Of a stretch of 64,000 nucleotides of DNA, positions 33,890 to 48,692 are shown piece by piece. The position numbers were made by a program, and so were the translations under genes. The stretch covers positions 22,444,001 through 22,508,000 of the forward strand of contig JBHGNT010000007.1 in assembly GCA_043228905.1 (NCBI GenBank), read 5' to 3'. How positions within the stretch are numbered: position 1 is the stretch's first letter; every line of letters begins with the position of its first letter. The notes beneath the pieces are model-generated. The model saw nothing but the letters and a program-made list of their open reading frames with translations, did no database searches and was not told where the DNA came from. Origin of the DNA: Azolla caroliniana. Taxonomy: Eukaryota; Plantae; Polypodiophyta.

Positions 33890-36800
33890 CTCTGTGTCGG
33901 GGTCGGATTGCGGTGGTGAGGATGGATGGTGATGAGAGTGGAGTTGAGAAAGAGAGAGTTTAGAAGGCGGGGGTTCTTTGTGCGCAGGTTCTCGTTTGAT
34001 GATCTTGCAGCGTTTCGGTGCTTCTGTGCTCCTGGGTTCGCGAAAGTAGAGGGTCTCTACGCGCAATGGTTTTTGTCTGTGCATTCTGGCGCCTTTTTCG
34101 AGTTTGTGCATGTCGCGTACTTAAAATAGCATTATGTCCTGTGGTGGCACTTTAAATGCCCACTACGTACCTTTTCGCTCCATGCTCTTTCCTCCATTCA
34201 TTCCTCGCTTTTGCATGATTGTTTTTTTTTTTTTTTCAGTTATTATTATTCTTAGTGTGACGTCACATGTCCGTTGGTCCTCCTGGACCCTTATCGGCCT
34301 CATTCTCTCCGGTTCCCGGCTTGCCGTCTCTGCCGTCTTGGTGGTTGCCGTCGGTCCTTTGCTCAAACGGGTTCTTAGGCATTGGTCCTCTATATGCCTT
34401 TAACCGGAATCCGTTGACCCATTTGCCCAGCACTTCGCCGGCAAGTGTCCCCAATTGGTAGGACCCATTATACTCTCGTGTTAGCCAATATGGTCCGGTC
34501 CATCTAAACCTTGGAATACTAACACTTGCCCATCCAGGTTTGGAATACTAACACTGGTTTGCCGATTGCGAACATTTTTTCGTTACCTTTCTTGTGCTGG
34601 TCAACGAATGCTTTCCGTCGCCGTTGCTCCAATTCTAAATGTAGGATGTTGGCCAACCGTTGTTCCTCCAGCTCACACAGCGCTGTCAACCTTATTGTCT
34701 CCGACTCCTTCTCGTTCAGCCGTTCTCGTAGCTGGATCCGTAAGCTAGGTACTTGAAATTCTACCGGCATGACCGCCTCGAGTCCGAACGCCAATCGGAA
34801 CGGTGTTGTTCGAATGCTCGTTTTGTATGCCATCCGGTATGCCCAAAGCACGCTATGTAGCTTTGTGTCCCAATCCGTCCGGTTCTCGTTGACGATCTTC
34901 CGAAGGATGTTCTGGAGCGTCTTGTTTGTTGATTCCGCTAATCCATTCGCCTGTGGATAGTAAGGTGTGCTTCGTTTGTGGACCACGGCATAGAAGGTCG
35001 TTAGGCTTTCCACTACTTGTCCGAGAAAGTGCCCCCCTTGGTCACTTATCAATTCAATGGGGCATCCGTAACGGCACCAGATGTACTCATATAGAAACTT
35101 TGCCGTTGACGCAGCAGTGTTATCCCGTAAAGCTTTGGCCTCCACCCATTTCGTGCAGTAATCCGTAGCAACGATAACGTACCGATTACCCGTTCTCATT
35201 GCCGGTGGCTTGAACGGTCCTACAAAGTCCAGCCCCCACTTTTGGAATGGCTCGAGTGGTAGTACCAGCTAGTGTGGCATACGAGCCTGCTCCGTTGGCT
35301 GGCCCATTCTTTGACATAGGTTACATTCTTTTGCGTACCGTACCGCATCTCTTAATGTCGTTGGCCACCATAGGCCACTTTGCCATATTTTTCTGGCTGT
35401 CGCATCTCCCGCATAGTGACCTCCGGCAACTCCGCAGTGGGCTTCCCTCAGTATCAGTTCCTTTTCATCGCTGCGCACCGCCCGTCTCCATATGCCGTCA
35501 GCGCCCTTGTGGTACAGTGTGTCTCGCAGTAAGCAGAAATGTTGGCTTTGTACTGCCAGGCATTTCCGTTCGTCCCGGTTCAGCTCTTCCGGAGGCAGTC
35601 CTGTGCTCAGAAACTGGTGCATATTTGTGAGCCACTTGTCTTCCTGGGCCACTGTCTCATCTGCTGCCGTCTCCGTAGTGACTCGAAACAGCTCCGCATC
35701 CGGAAACTCATCCGGTACTCCGTCACCCGTCTCTCCGGACTCCAATCGGCTTAAGTAATCCGCTACGGCATGCTGTATACTGGGTCAGTGGAATATTTCA
35801 AACTCGAACTCCTGTAACAATAAGGTCCACCGGGCCAATTTGCCGGTGAGTGACGCCTTGGACACCAGGTAAAGGAGTGCCGAATGATCTACATGGAAGG
35901 AAAACTTCCTTCCCAATAAATAGTGCCGAAACTTTGTCACACTGTAGATCATTCCTAGAGCTTCCCGTTCCGTAGTAGAGTAGTTCCGTTCTGCTTGGGA
36001 TAGCTTCCGACTGGCATAGTACACTGGCCGGTACCACTTTGGTTCCGTAAGCTGCATCAGTACGCTTCCGATTGCGATGTCGGAGGCGTCCACGAACACG
36101 TGAAATTCTTTACTCCAATCTGGAGGTTGTACTACCGGTGCCTGCGACAATAGTACCTTGAGGGCCTTATACGCCCTATCCTCAGTATCGGTCCACTGGA
36201 ATGGTGTCCGATGTACGGCGGCATGCAACGGTGTAGCCAGGTCGGCCAAGTATCGGAGCATCCGGCTGTGCCACCGGATCTGGCCAAAGAACCGGCTTAA
36301 TGCCTTTGCCGTTGCCGGCGCCGGTGCTTCTAATATGGCTTTCACTTTGTCCGGGTCGACTGCAATACCTTCCTGGCTCACGATATGTCCTAATAAAGTT
36401 CCACTGGACACACCAAATACACACTTTGCCGGATTCAAGCTTAGTTGGTACGCTCTACACTTTTCTAGACAAAGACGGAGGTGCTGAAAATGGTCCTCCT
36501 CCCGGCTATAGACGGCGAAATCGTCAAGGAAAACCTACATAAAAGCCGGTATATATTCACCAAAGATTTCCATGATGATTCGTTGAAACGTTACCGGTGC
36601 CGTTTTGAGTCCGAACATCATCACCACGGCCACAAACACCCCCCATTCGGTGACGAATGCCGTTTTCTCTTGGTCGTCGGGGTGCATCCAGATCTGATTA
36701 TACCTGCTGAATCCGTCTAGGAAGCTATAGACCTCGTGGCCGGCGACGGCATCCAACACTCCATCTGTGAACGGAAGTGGAAACGCATCTGTTACCGTAG

Positions 36801-39800
36801 CCGCATTGAGTTTCCGGTAGTCCACGCAAACTCAAATTTTTCCGTTCTTCTACGGTACGACTACGATCGGGCTCAGCCATGTCGCTTTCTTTACCGGACG
36901 GATAAAGCCAGCTCTTAGCAGTTTGTCGATTTCTTCCTTGACCTTGGCAGCATAATTGGGATTCATCCAGTACCGTCTTTGTGCCACTGGTTTTGCGTCC
37001 TTGCTCAAGTGCACTTGATGCTGGTATAACTGAGGGTCGAGTCCTCGCATGTCTTCGTATGACCATGCGAATACGTCGCGAAATTCCGTGAGAAGTGTTA
37101 TCATCGCCGTTTTGTCTCCGGACTTCATCTCCTTGGCAATGTGCACCGGTTTTACTTCGTCCGTGGTGCCTAAATTCACCTCTTCCAGTTGCGATGCTTT
37201 TACGCGCTGTGAAATGGCCATTTCCCGTTCCAACGCTTCCTGCGCTTGCCGTAACTCCCGGATTGCGTCTTTATCCGGTTCTGCTTCCGCCTCTTCCGGT
37301 TGCGGTAAGTACGGTGCTACGGCTTCGGCAATGTCAATTTCGAAGAGGGGTATGATCTTCGGGTTTTCCTGCAGGTATTGAGCTTCTTCTTCGTCCGCTA
37401 ACCCTTCAAGCATGTTGACGCATTCCGCATACAACGGTGTACATTCCTTGCCAGTGCTCGTCCTTGGCTATGTTGGTACCCATACCTTGGCTTTTCCTCG
37501 CCGGAAGGTAATTATATTTTTTCGCCAATTCTGTTTGATATGAGCCGTTTTCAACCATGGCCACCCCAGCAATAGCGGGTATGCGCCTTGTGCCTGTAAT
37601 TGTAGCACTACGGCCGAGATGTGAAATGTATGCCCGCCGACAGTGACTTCTAATTTCCGTATTAATCCTGTCGGCCGCACTGAGCTTGTATCAGCCATCC
37701 GCAACTAGAACGGACACGGCTCCCACTCGTGGATTCCTAGGTCATCACACGTCCGGAGGCTTATTACATTTACCCCAGAGCCTCCGTCTATAACTGTGTC
37801 GGGGAATTCTTTCCCTTTTACAATGGCAGTGATTACCGGACTGCTGGTGTCTACCACTGTTGGTCCCTCCTCCGGATTCGAGAAGAGTACCGGTGCCGGT
37901 GATGGTTCTCCTGCCGTCATGGTCGTCTTCAGTCCTTCCGTGAATCTAGGCACGAGTTGTAGGAGTCTTCCTAGTGGTAACGTAATCTGGCATTCTTGCA
38001 ACGCCTGCCATGTCTCGTTCTCGGAGTGACTACCGCCGGCAAGCCCTGCGGTGTTCTCCTTTTGCTGCTGTAAGTCTGTGACATTCTGCTCGTTTGCTTT
38101 CTTTACCCATTCCGTTGCTTGTTTGCGGATGGTCTCATGTGTCTCCCATTCTTTGGCCATGCCCTTTGACCTTGTGGTCATCTGCTGCAGGTCTGCCACC
38201 TCAGGGACTACCATATTTACCGCCGGTCGTTTTTCATAGCTCTTCACCGGGCATTGGTTACTATAATGGCCTTCCTGTCGGCAGTAGTAGCAGTAGGCTT
38301 TCCGAGCATTGCTAGATTCGGCCTTGTCTGTTGTACCCGAGGCAGGTCCTACGGTACGCGCGGGGTTTTGTACCGGTTGGTTACTTGGAGCGCCTTGTTC
38401 CGGATCCCGGGGGTAGCCGCCTTTTTTAAAATGCCATTTTTTGTTAAAGCTCTTCTTATTACAGTACTCTTGACGGGGTTGCCCGTTATATCTGTCGTAT
38501 TCCTCCCGTTGCTGACGATACCCGGGGGAGTGCTCCCGGTCGTACTGTTCGTATCGTCTATTGTAATCCTGGTACCGATCATGCCGGTCATAGTTATCTC
38601 GCCGATCACCGTACCGGACATCATTTTCCCGTCGCTCGCCATACCGGACATCCTGTGCCGGTCGGTCACGGTCCATTCGCCGCCAGCGTTCGTCTTCTTC
38701 ATCCCGGTTGCTGCGTGGCTCAATTTGTCGGACGGGCAGTGCTTGCCAAGTCAACAGATTATACTCGCACCTATCCGTCGTATGGCTCTTGGATTGACAG
38801 ATTACACATTGCGTCCTCATTGTGCATTCTAGAGCCGAGTGTCCGGAATTCAAGCAGGTTGTGCATTGTATTGCTTGTCGAAACCGGAGGTCTTCATCGG
38901 ACGGTAACGCCTGTTGAAGTGCGCCCAGTGTGAGCCAGGAGCTTGTCTTTTCCATCTCTTTCACCCGGTCAATGACCTGGTTGATGGTACTTGTGCGGAA
39001 ATCGATTACCGTGCAAACCGTGCGTAGGGGTTCCCGGAGCACATTTAGGAATATCGTCCGTAATTCCTCCTCCGGGGGTGCACAGGCAAGCTGACTATGC
39101 ATCCGTTGAAACCGAATGACAAATTGGGGAATGCTCTCCCCTGCCTCTTGCCGGATGGTATAAAATAAGCCTACCATTACGGTCTGGTCCACCTCCTTTT
39201 GAAAAAAATGCATGAATTTAGCTTTTAAATCTGCAAAGGTGTTGATGGTAGACGGGTCCTGCATCCGGCGCCATCTTGCTGCCGGTCCCTCCAATGTGAC
39301 GCCAAACTCTGCTATCTTAGAGCGTTCTTCTTCCTCCGGTGTCAGTCACTGGGACACATGGTTGGCTTCCCATGTCTGTTCAAAGGCGTGCACTTGAGCT
39401 TCCGCATCCGGATCATCTCTATACTTGAAGTACTGGAACGGCATGTCGTCGTCCGGTATCGGTGCGCGGGCTGGTAGTGTTGGTGCTCGTTCCGGAATTT
39501 TCTCCGGTGTTGGTGGTCTTTCCCGATTTGATTCCGGTGTCGGTTGTTTCTCTTCCTTTGGTGACGGAGGCCTCTCCTCTTCGACTTCCGGTGTCGGAGG
39601 TCGTTCTTCTTCTGCTGGTTCCGGGGGTTCCAGCGTTAGCACTTCCGGTTCCGGTTCCGGTGTCGGTAAGGTATCCGATCCTTTGTCCTCCGGTCCGCCC
39701 AGGGTTTCGTTACTGCTACGGTAGTTCGTGTGCACGTTGTATTCCCCTTCGGAGTTCGATTCATATGCTAAAAAGGCCTCTGCTTCGCCTTCTCCGTTTG

Positions 39801-40522
39801 CCAACGCGTGGAGAAGGGATTCGGTTTCCCGGAGGCTGCTTAGGCTGCTGCCGTCGTCCGGGTGCGATGTTTGCTGTAACCAGAGGGAGTCCTCCGCTAC
39901 TCTCCAGATTACGTTGGAAAACGAGCGATCCGCTCTAATTTCCTGCGCCGCTTGCTGGAAAGCCTCGCGTCTCCTTTGCCTTTCGGCAAGGCGTCGAGTT
40001 CGATCTGTAACCAGGTCGTGCGTTGATCTAGACATCCATCCGTGCCGTCGTTCGCTGCAAAAACAGGAATCGTGGTCGCCAAAAACTGTGTTAACTCTTC
40101 GGGCCGGACAATGGCCTAACACAGGGTGTCTACGGGAGACACTTCACCAAAGGGTGTTACGGCAACCGGATTAGACTTCAACGCTTCATCCGACTTAGTT
40201 AAGTTACTTATTAGGATCGTCTTTCATAACACGCGTAAGATATAACAATGAAGACAGAACGGCAATTAACACAGAGAGATAACAACGCTTAAGCTTTCAT
40301 TAATTAACCGCTAACTATTACATTGTATCCGGGCCTTTAAATAGGTTTCCAGTCTGTATTACAAAACGGTGCCATCCTCACCTGTTCGGGATCGGTCCGG
40401 ATCCGGAACGGCATACCGATTCCGGTCCGTCCGTCCACACTCATAGCTTAATTACAACCACATTCCTACTACTTAATTAGCTCTCCGTTTCCCACTCTGG
40501 ACTCCTTTGCCGGCCGGTAACA

Positions 40523-42641
40523 GGAGTCGAAGTATTCTCTGGTGCGTACCAAGATGCGTATTCGTCAAAGACTACGTCTCGACTTATTCAAACTTTTCGG
40601 GTAGATGGTTGTAGCATGTGTACCCCTTCTATTCGAGTGAGTATCCTACAAGGATACATTTCTCCGACTTCGGGTCAAGCTTTTGTTGCGTATTGTCGGG
40701 AATATGCACGTAAGTGATTGCGCCGAAAATGCGAACATGTGATAAGCCCGACTTCTTTCAAAAGAACTTCTCATGACGAGTTACATCGTGTACTCTTGAG
40801 GTTGTGCACCTATTCATGAGGTATACAACCATGTTCACCGCTTCTGCCCAGTACGATTTCGGTAGGTTCTTCTCATTCATCATAGCCCGTGCGACTTCTA
40901 CTATGTGTCGGTTTTTACGCTCAGCTACACCGTTCTGCTAAGGTGTGTGACGGCATGAGAATTCTCGTCAGATTCCTTCCTTTCGGAGATACGTCATAAA
41001 GTATTCTTTGCCTCCATCCAATCGAAGGCAACATACATGCCGATCCGTAGCTTTTTAGACTTCGGCTTTGAATCTCTAGAAGTATCCAAACACTTCACTC
41101 TTTTGTTTCATCGGGTAGATCCAGGTGTTCCTGGAAAAGTCATCAATGAACGTAATGTAATATCAACATCCTCCGAGTGTGCTTGTTTGGCCAGTCGCCA
41201 TACATCTGAATGTACGACATCCAGGATCCCTTTGCTCACATTCCGCTCTTTAGGGAATGGATGTCGACGTTGCTTTCCGAACTGGCACACTTTGCATACA
41301 CCCGTAATCTCCTTCACAGTAAAGTTCGGGAGTCCAATTATGACTCATTTCGATTGCATGTTCTAAAGTTTTTGGAGATTGATGTGGTCGATTCTTTTGT
41401 GCCACAAATTTAAGTCCGTTTCGACTTTGAGGCCCTTGGCGAACATGGCTGACTTTACCCCGTTCGATTCGAGGGTAAACTTATAGCCTTCTCGTCGAAC
41501 GTGAGCTACGACTTGACCGCCCCTTTCGATGAAACACCAGTCATTGTTGAATCGTACTTGCATTCCTTGTTCGACAATCTGGCCAACTGAGACCAGGTTT
41601 TTCATGATTTGTTTTCCAATGTTCCTGATATGTTGTATTGGATGAGTCGTGTCATCTCCTATTTCAACATATCCGGGATGTTTGGGCTTCCGTACTTGCC
41701 GAAACCAATCTTCATGAGACGTCATGCGATTGGAAGCTCCCGAATCGACAAACCATACGTTATTTGAGTCGGAGGCACTAGTTGAATCTTGTGCTGACAT
41801 CGAGTGTGCTTCGTGTCTCATTATGAACATTCCCCTACGACCTAAATTTCCACGACCGAAATTTCTTCTATCATCCGACTAGGAGTAGAGCATATGACCC
41901 TCTGGTGCGTTGCTCCTTTTTCGGGCGTGATTTTCATTAACCAACAATATTGATTGGAGATCGAAAAATGAAGGAGGGTTCTCCCTTGCAAGGATGGTCA
42001 ATCTAATCGAGCCAAATCGGGGTGCTAAGCCGCTGAGGCATATTTGCACCATCTCGTCATCATCAATTACAACATTAATCAAACCGAGGGCATCACACAA
42101 CTCTTTGATCTTTAAGGTATAGCCTGTGATCGACATGTCCCTTTGTTGCATGTTGTTTAGCTCCTGTCGAAGTTGGAGCTTTCGTGTAGCCATGTTGGCC
42201 GCAAAAATCTTCTTGAGATTTCCCCAAGCTTCTTTTGGTGTTTTTGAATCTCAAATATAGCCAAGCATATGATCATGAACGCATGATGCAAGGCAATACA
42301 ACACACGGCTTGTGGCCTACTCCCAAGCGGGATAGTCGGCGTGTGTTGGGTTGGGTTGAGTTTCGTGAGCCCCCTCAATGTAGCTCCAGTAACCTTGTTC
42401 GACAAGGTATTGATGCATCTTGTATTCCCAAGATGCAAAATTCGTTTTGTCAAGCTTCTCGGTAGGAAGAGCGCTTTCCATCTAAGTGTTCATTACGTCG
42501 ATTTCTTCTCTGTTGATGAGCCGGTTCTATTGATCGTCGGCGTGTACAACAACACAATTGAATAGATTCGATTAAGCAACCATACGCTCTGATACCATGT
42601 AAAGAAATGAGGAGCAAGAGTGACTGAGATGCAGCCGAAGG

Positions 42642-42721
<80 letters not shown>

Positions 42722-43255
42722 TAAGGCAAAACACGGAGAGAGAGAGAGAGAGGGAACTTAAGACAGAGATAAAAGATTGTATGTTACATTAACCAAAATA
42801 CTTCCAATAGCAACTAAGTTAGAACGGGTTGGTTTAAATACCAACTAAACTTGGGCAAGTGCCCTTTCTACTATTTACAAAACTAGCCTGGTATGACCAT
42901 AAGTGTTACCCGTAAGAATATACGGGGAGGCATAAGGGTAGGTGTAATGATGTGGTTGATGTGTATGTGTAAAGTAAATGAGTGTGTGAGGATGAGTATG
43001 TGTACAAGAATGTGTAACGGTCTTATTTATAACGGTCATGTAACCGTTACATTGGATGTATTATATAAACCCCTTATGGGCATGTAATGAAGATACCTTT
43101 TTTCCCCTCTCACATTTGTGTCATTTTCTATTTGTCTTTCTCTCTAGCTCTCTGCCTATGGTAACCCCCTTGGGAGAAGGCTTCACCCCCCACCCCAACA
43201 ACAATAAGCTAGTGTGAATCCTATTACTATGGGAAGTTGAATTCGACTCTCAACA
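40523..43255 (-). mobile_element. Copia-A 5' part (copy 2): 5' LTR, PBS, gag, protease, integrase
   Basis: LTR 42598-43255; PBS TGGTATCAGAGC (tRNA-iMet) at 42586-42597; gag KLDKTNFASWEYKMHQYL, protease WFVDSGAS, WHKR..H and CKVC motifs, VHSDVW. Confidence 0.92.
42904..43203. mobile_element. 300-bp solo LTR inside the Copia-A LTR
   Basis: TGTTACC...CAACA flanked by 5-bp TSD ATAAG (42899-42903, 43204-43208); absent from the other two Copia-A LTRs. Confidence 0.9.
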
Positions 43256-46200
43256 ACCCCTTCAAACTTTTTCAACATTATTTCAGACTCATTGATTGGT
43301 TCGACATGAGAATCTATCTCTTTTACACTTTTCGTTGGCACAAGCTCCTTATAGATAAGCAAATCCGCTATCTTAGACCTAGTAGTTTCTTCTTTAATAA
43401 AACTTACTTCAAACTCTTGTATAATCATTATCCACCGTTTCATACGTGGGCTATCTCCTGGAAATCTTAACACATGAGGGAGCAAAGCACATGAAGTTAA
43501 AACTATTGTGGTTCGTCCTAACAAATACGACTTCCATTTTTGGAGGGAAAACACCAATGCCCATACAAGTTTTTCTTCTTGTGTCCAAGCCTTCTCTACC
43601 ATTGACATCTTCCTACTAATATAATATATTGGATGCATATATGATTGCTTAATACCTTTTTGCATTAATACTACACCTATTGCTTCAACACCCACACTCA
43701 AACTACCATAGAATGGTTGATCCCAATTACGTGGCATTAGGATGGGTAGAGTACTCAATCTATCTTTTACTTCTTCAAAGGCATTTTGCTCCACTCTTCC
43801 CACACAAATGGATCTCTCATTGAGGCTCTTTGTAGTGGTTGAATATACTCTACCAACATTTGAAATGAACGTGAAAGATATCGTACCTTTTGTACAAAGC
43901 TTAACAATTGCTTTGTAGACGTCGAAGCGTCCATCAATAGTTAAGCTTCTACTTTACTTGGATTAGGGGCAATCCCATTAGCACTAACTTCATGCCCAAG
44001 TAGAATAATTTTACTATGTGCAACTTTGCACTTATTAGGATTCAATTGACCTCCATGTCCATCTATTTTAACAAAAATTTGATCAAGCTTTTCTACATGA
44101 CTCTTTCTATCACTATATATTCCTATGTCATCCATAAATGACCTTGCAAATTTTCCAAAGAAAGGACTTAACAACCTATCCATCCATCCTTGAAAAGTTG
44201 CATAAGCATTAACTAACCCAAAAGGCATCCTAGTGTAACAAAATACACCCCATAGAGTGATGAAACTAGTCAACTTTTGATCTTCGGGTGCAATTTCTAT
44301 TTGAAAATATCCACAAAAGTTATCACATATTAAATACCTTTCATGTCCCGCCACTTCATCCAATATTTCATCTTGGAAAGGCATTGGGTAATGATGTCGC
44401 TTGGTTGCCACATTTAAAGGCCTAAAATCCACACATACTCTCCACTTGCCATTCTTCTTAGGCACTACGACCAGTAGGGATATCCAATCAGCATCATCTA
44501 CATGTCAAATAAGTCCAGCATCCAACAACTTGCTTACCTCTTCCTCCAAAATCTCTCTCCTTATATTGCCCAACCTTCGTAGTTTTTGAGGAACTGGCAT
44601 TGCATTGCTATGCAACTTTATATCGTGTAACACAAAATGCGTTCCCCTCATCTGAGTATACTCCGTAGCAAACAATTTAGGATACTTATCAAACAACATG
44701 AAATATTGGTTTTTCTCTTCTTCAGTCAAATTAGGGGCTAACATTACCATGAGTTCCTCCTTGGGCACATTGGGCTGACTTTTGGTGGGTTCTAACCCAA
44801 TACCACATAGGTCGACTCCTATGTGCAATTCCTTATACTCATCATCAACTTTATCCTCTTCACTTGAAGAAAAGGATTCCTCATCTGAAAATTCTTCAAC
44901 ATCATCTTGCCCTTCTTCTTCTAGTCTACCATCTAGGAAATAAAGTAATTGTCTTGTCTTCATATCACACTTCACTCTCTGACCATGAGGCTTATTGGTG
45001 AACAATTCTAATTCCCCACGATGTCAATCTTGTCTCACTCTCATACCCATCAACCATGGTCTTCCTAGTATTAGAGGATAAGTCCTTGGTCTTGCCAGCA
45101 TGATGTGTAAATGCACCAATACTTGTTGCCCTAACACATACAACTTTATTTGCTCTGCTACTCCCACACATCGCACTACTACATTATTTGCCATATTCAT
45201 GTTATATGCATGTTTTCTATTAATCTTTAATTATAATCTTCTTGCCGTATCCTCCGTTATGACACATACTTGTGCACCACCATCTACATATGTTGTGGAC
45301 ACCACTTGCCCTTGACACCAAACTTCTAGTACTGGCAACAAATCTTTTTCATGATTGTAACATATTTGAGGGATATCTTGAGTATCTACTCTACCTATAT
45401 TAGTAGTTTCCCTTCTACCCATCTTAGAAATACTCACAACTTTCCTCCATTCTCTACGTAGCTTAGGAACTAGTTCTAATTCTTGGGCAAAGGTCATATC
45501 CACTTTTCTTTCTTTCAAGTCATTCAACAATGAATATGATTCTTGATTTAAACCTAATGGATAGTCCTTGATAGCTCTCCTCCTCTTTGACTCTAGAGAT
45601 TTCTTTCCTTACTTATCCCTATGCTTACTAGGTTCTCCCTCTTGTGATATTGCTCCATCTTTCGCCTTATTATGCAACCTAGTTCGCATTCTTGAGCCTC
45701 CCTCGTGCTCCTCTACACGAGCTCTCTTTCCCACTAAAACATCATATGAATCCCCATCTAACATGACCTTCCCACATGTTGTATTTAATGCATCATTTAC
45801 GTTATTATTCTTCTTAAACTCAATCAAATTAATACCATGAGAATTTAGTACTTGATTTTGTGACCTTTGCTCTTCTACTTGTCTTGGAATCAGGGCAATA
45901 CCTCCTCCTTCTCACTTAGGATGTGGGTAATTTGGTGAAATATACCCTCGTTCAAAACAATTATAACACTACACTTTGGGATTTTGCCTCCCAATATCTT
46001 TCTTTTGTTGAGAAACTTGCATAGATCTTGTAAGTTCACCTTGGTTGATACAAATCTTACTTACTTCATAAGCCATCTTTGCCACTTGTTGTGCAAGATC
46101 CATGGCCCCACTTGTAGAAGACTCTCGCCGTGAAGACACATCAGGACTTTTCTCATGTACCCTATGAACGTATGTTGTCGCACCTTCAATAGCTTCATCA

Positions 46201-47710
46201 TCTTCTCTCATGTCCCTCCCAAGCTTTCACATCCTCTTTCTCCATTTACTTATTGCCACTTCTTTTGCCCTTTCAAAATATTCAGGTTCCTTATCATCCA
46301 CCTTCTCTTTAATATCCTCATGCAAGGCCACGATAAATTGGTCATGCTTCATAAAATCGGGTGGAACTTGATCATTTCCTAATCGCTCCAATATCCTATA
46401 TAAATCTTCAAAACTCCTAATAAAATCCCTAATATCCTCTTCATACCCTTGCCTTACCTTTCTAAAATTCTTCCAAATTGCTTCTGGAGTCTCGGTTTTT
46501 GGAAATTGGGTTAACAATGCTTGTTGCAAACGTGCCCAATCATTCTTCACCTCCATTGGCACCGACTTTACATACCAATCTAAAGTTGGCCCATCCAACA
46601 AAAGGCTTACCATTATCGCGACATTAGCATCACTCTTCCCAACTTGTAGAGCCCAAATCTTCAACCGACGCACGAATTGCACCACATCACTATTCGTCCC
46701 GGTGAAAGGCTCACTATAGAGATCCGCCATTATTTCGAAACACCCAACTGCCAAAATATGCAACAAATATAACAACACCAACAATTCCAATATTAAAGTA
46801 CTTGGCCTTGATTATGATGAAACCGAAAGTCCTCGGTTGCTGTCAAGATTGGTCCTCAGTGGGGGCACCAAAACGTGTTGTGCAAGAATTTGCCTCTCAA
46901 AACTCTACCACAATACAACTAGAAACACACAAGGCACATCATCATAGGGCACCATAACAACATCATTGAGTTTAAGAAAGACCACAAACACAAAAGGAGA
47001 TTACTCGGTATGACAAAGACAATCAATGAAGAAACATGAGAGGGGAGGATATATATCAAGAGTTGATAACATTATATACATATAAATTTTCACTACATGA
47101 AAGAGGTTCTACAATATTTTATGATAATCATCCACGTACAACAAATAAGAGATTGGAAGTGACAAAGATATGTACCATAATCTATGAGAGAGGAACGGAG
47201 AATGAACATACAGTATGTATTAACAAGACGAATATAAAAACTCACACTACATCAAGAGATATATTCTAAGTCTATTCTATTCTCAAGGCGTCCACACTCA
47301 TACTTATATACAATAGGGGCTTAATTGTTCGTTCTTGCATGTATCTTGCCACGTGTCGCACATGTAACACTTCAGCCACTTTCCTTTGCATGTAACCGAT
47401 AGATCTTCTATTTTGGGTATGAAGATGCTTGATTCTATCCACGATCACTCGTAGACATTTGTAGCAAGTCGAGCAAGCTTTCCAAACAATGTTTATTTAT
47501 TGAAATCCATTATTCTCTTGAAATATTACGACCAAAACATTGACTGCATATTGTAAAGGTACTCTTTGACTATGTCACATCAATTCATCTTGATTTTTCA
47601 AATCTACCTTCGACTAAAGCATCCACCATCATGCCTAAAGTGTCATAACCAGCTTGTGTCCATATTTTACTATCCTTTTTCCACTTTGTTGAGCACAAGT
47701 ATTTACAACA
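43256..47710 (-). mobile_element. Old Gypsy F (5' LTR, gag, protease, RT, RNase H)
   Basis: LTR ~46876-47710 (TGTTG...CAACA); PBS TGGTGCCCCCACTGAGG at 46854-46870 (possibly tRNA-Thr); gag 46227-46790, VDGGA protease, RT (FMDD), RNase H. Interrupted at 43256 by Copia-A. Confidence 0.85.
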
Positions 47711-48692
47711 CAACAACGTGACAAAGGTGCTTCAACAGTTCAACATGACGGATGCGAAGCCGGTCGGGTCCATACTTCCGGCAAACTGCTAGTTGTCCAG
47801 GTAGCAAAGTCCGAAGACCAAGATGGAGAATTCAAAGATGATGAAGATACCATATGCCTCCACCGTCGGGAGCTTGATGTACGCAATGGTGTGTACCCGA
47901 CCGGATATCGGTTATGTTGTCGGAGTGGTAAGCTAGTTCATGAGCAATTCGGGAAGAGAACATCGGAACGCAGTCAAGTGGATACTTCGGTACTTGAAAG
48001 GCACCTCGAGTATGTGCCTCCGATTCAGCTCCAAAAAACCCCAAATTGAAGGATTCACGGATTCGGATATGTCTGCTGATGCGGATACCAGTCGGTCAAC
48101 CTTCGGATATGTTATGACATATGCAAGGGGAGCTGTATTGCGGCAGTCGAAGCTGTAGAAGTCCGTTGCATTATCGACAATGGAAGCGGAGTATATGGAA
48201 ATCGTGGAAGCCGGTAAAGAGGTAATCTAGATGAAGGACTTCATCGGAGAGCTAGGGATCCGGTAAGAGGAATTTTGGCTATACTGCGACAGTCAAAGTG
48301 CCATCCACCTTGCAAAGAACGTGGTGTACCACTCCAAGACGAAGCACATTCAACGTAGATACCACTGGCTTCAGGAGAGAGTCGAAGATCAAGACTTCAC
48401 GTTGCTAAAGATCCACACGAAGGAGAACAGGTCAGACATGATGACCAAGGTGCTGTCAGTTGACAAGTTGGACGTGTGCAAGAGACGGATCGAATTGACA
48501 AGACATTCCATGCCGGAGTGAAGGGGAGCATTGTTGGGAAATCGGTCCCTCCATATGGCATTCGGATGAGAATCGGATGAACCGGACCGCACTGATCCGG
48601 TTTTAACCGGATCCAGGGACATATCTATAAATATGTTTCTGATGTGCCTGTCATGGCTATATTTGTAAATAGTCATAAAGTCATATAAGTAT
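47711..48692 (+). mobile_element. Copia-B fragment: RT end, RNase H, PPT and 5' half of 3' LTR
   Basis: VKWILRYLKGT, GFTDSD, YHSKTKHI..RYHW motifs; PPT GAAGGGGAG at 48520-48528; LTR starts TGTTGGG at 48532. Confidence 0.9.

Larger units (their letters stand above)
30092..40522 (-). mobile_element. Gypsy E (non-chromovirus) with a long 3' extra ORF
   Basis: 5' LTR 40155-40522 (TGTTAC...GTAACA); 3' LTR 30092-31085, interrupted. Gag 37705-40122 with three zinc knuckles, protease (IDGGSG), RT, RNase H (FVDAS), integrase 34260-35745 and extra ORF ~31140-33889. Confidence 0.92.

Noticed and set aside
3282-43255. Single intact 40-kb Copia element
   Set aside because: Flanks differ (ATACT vs ACCCC); better explained as a recombinant of two copies.
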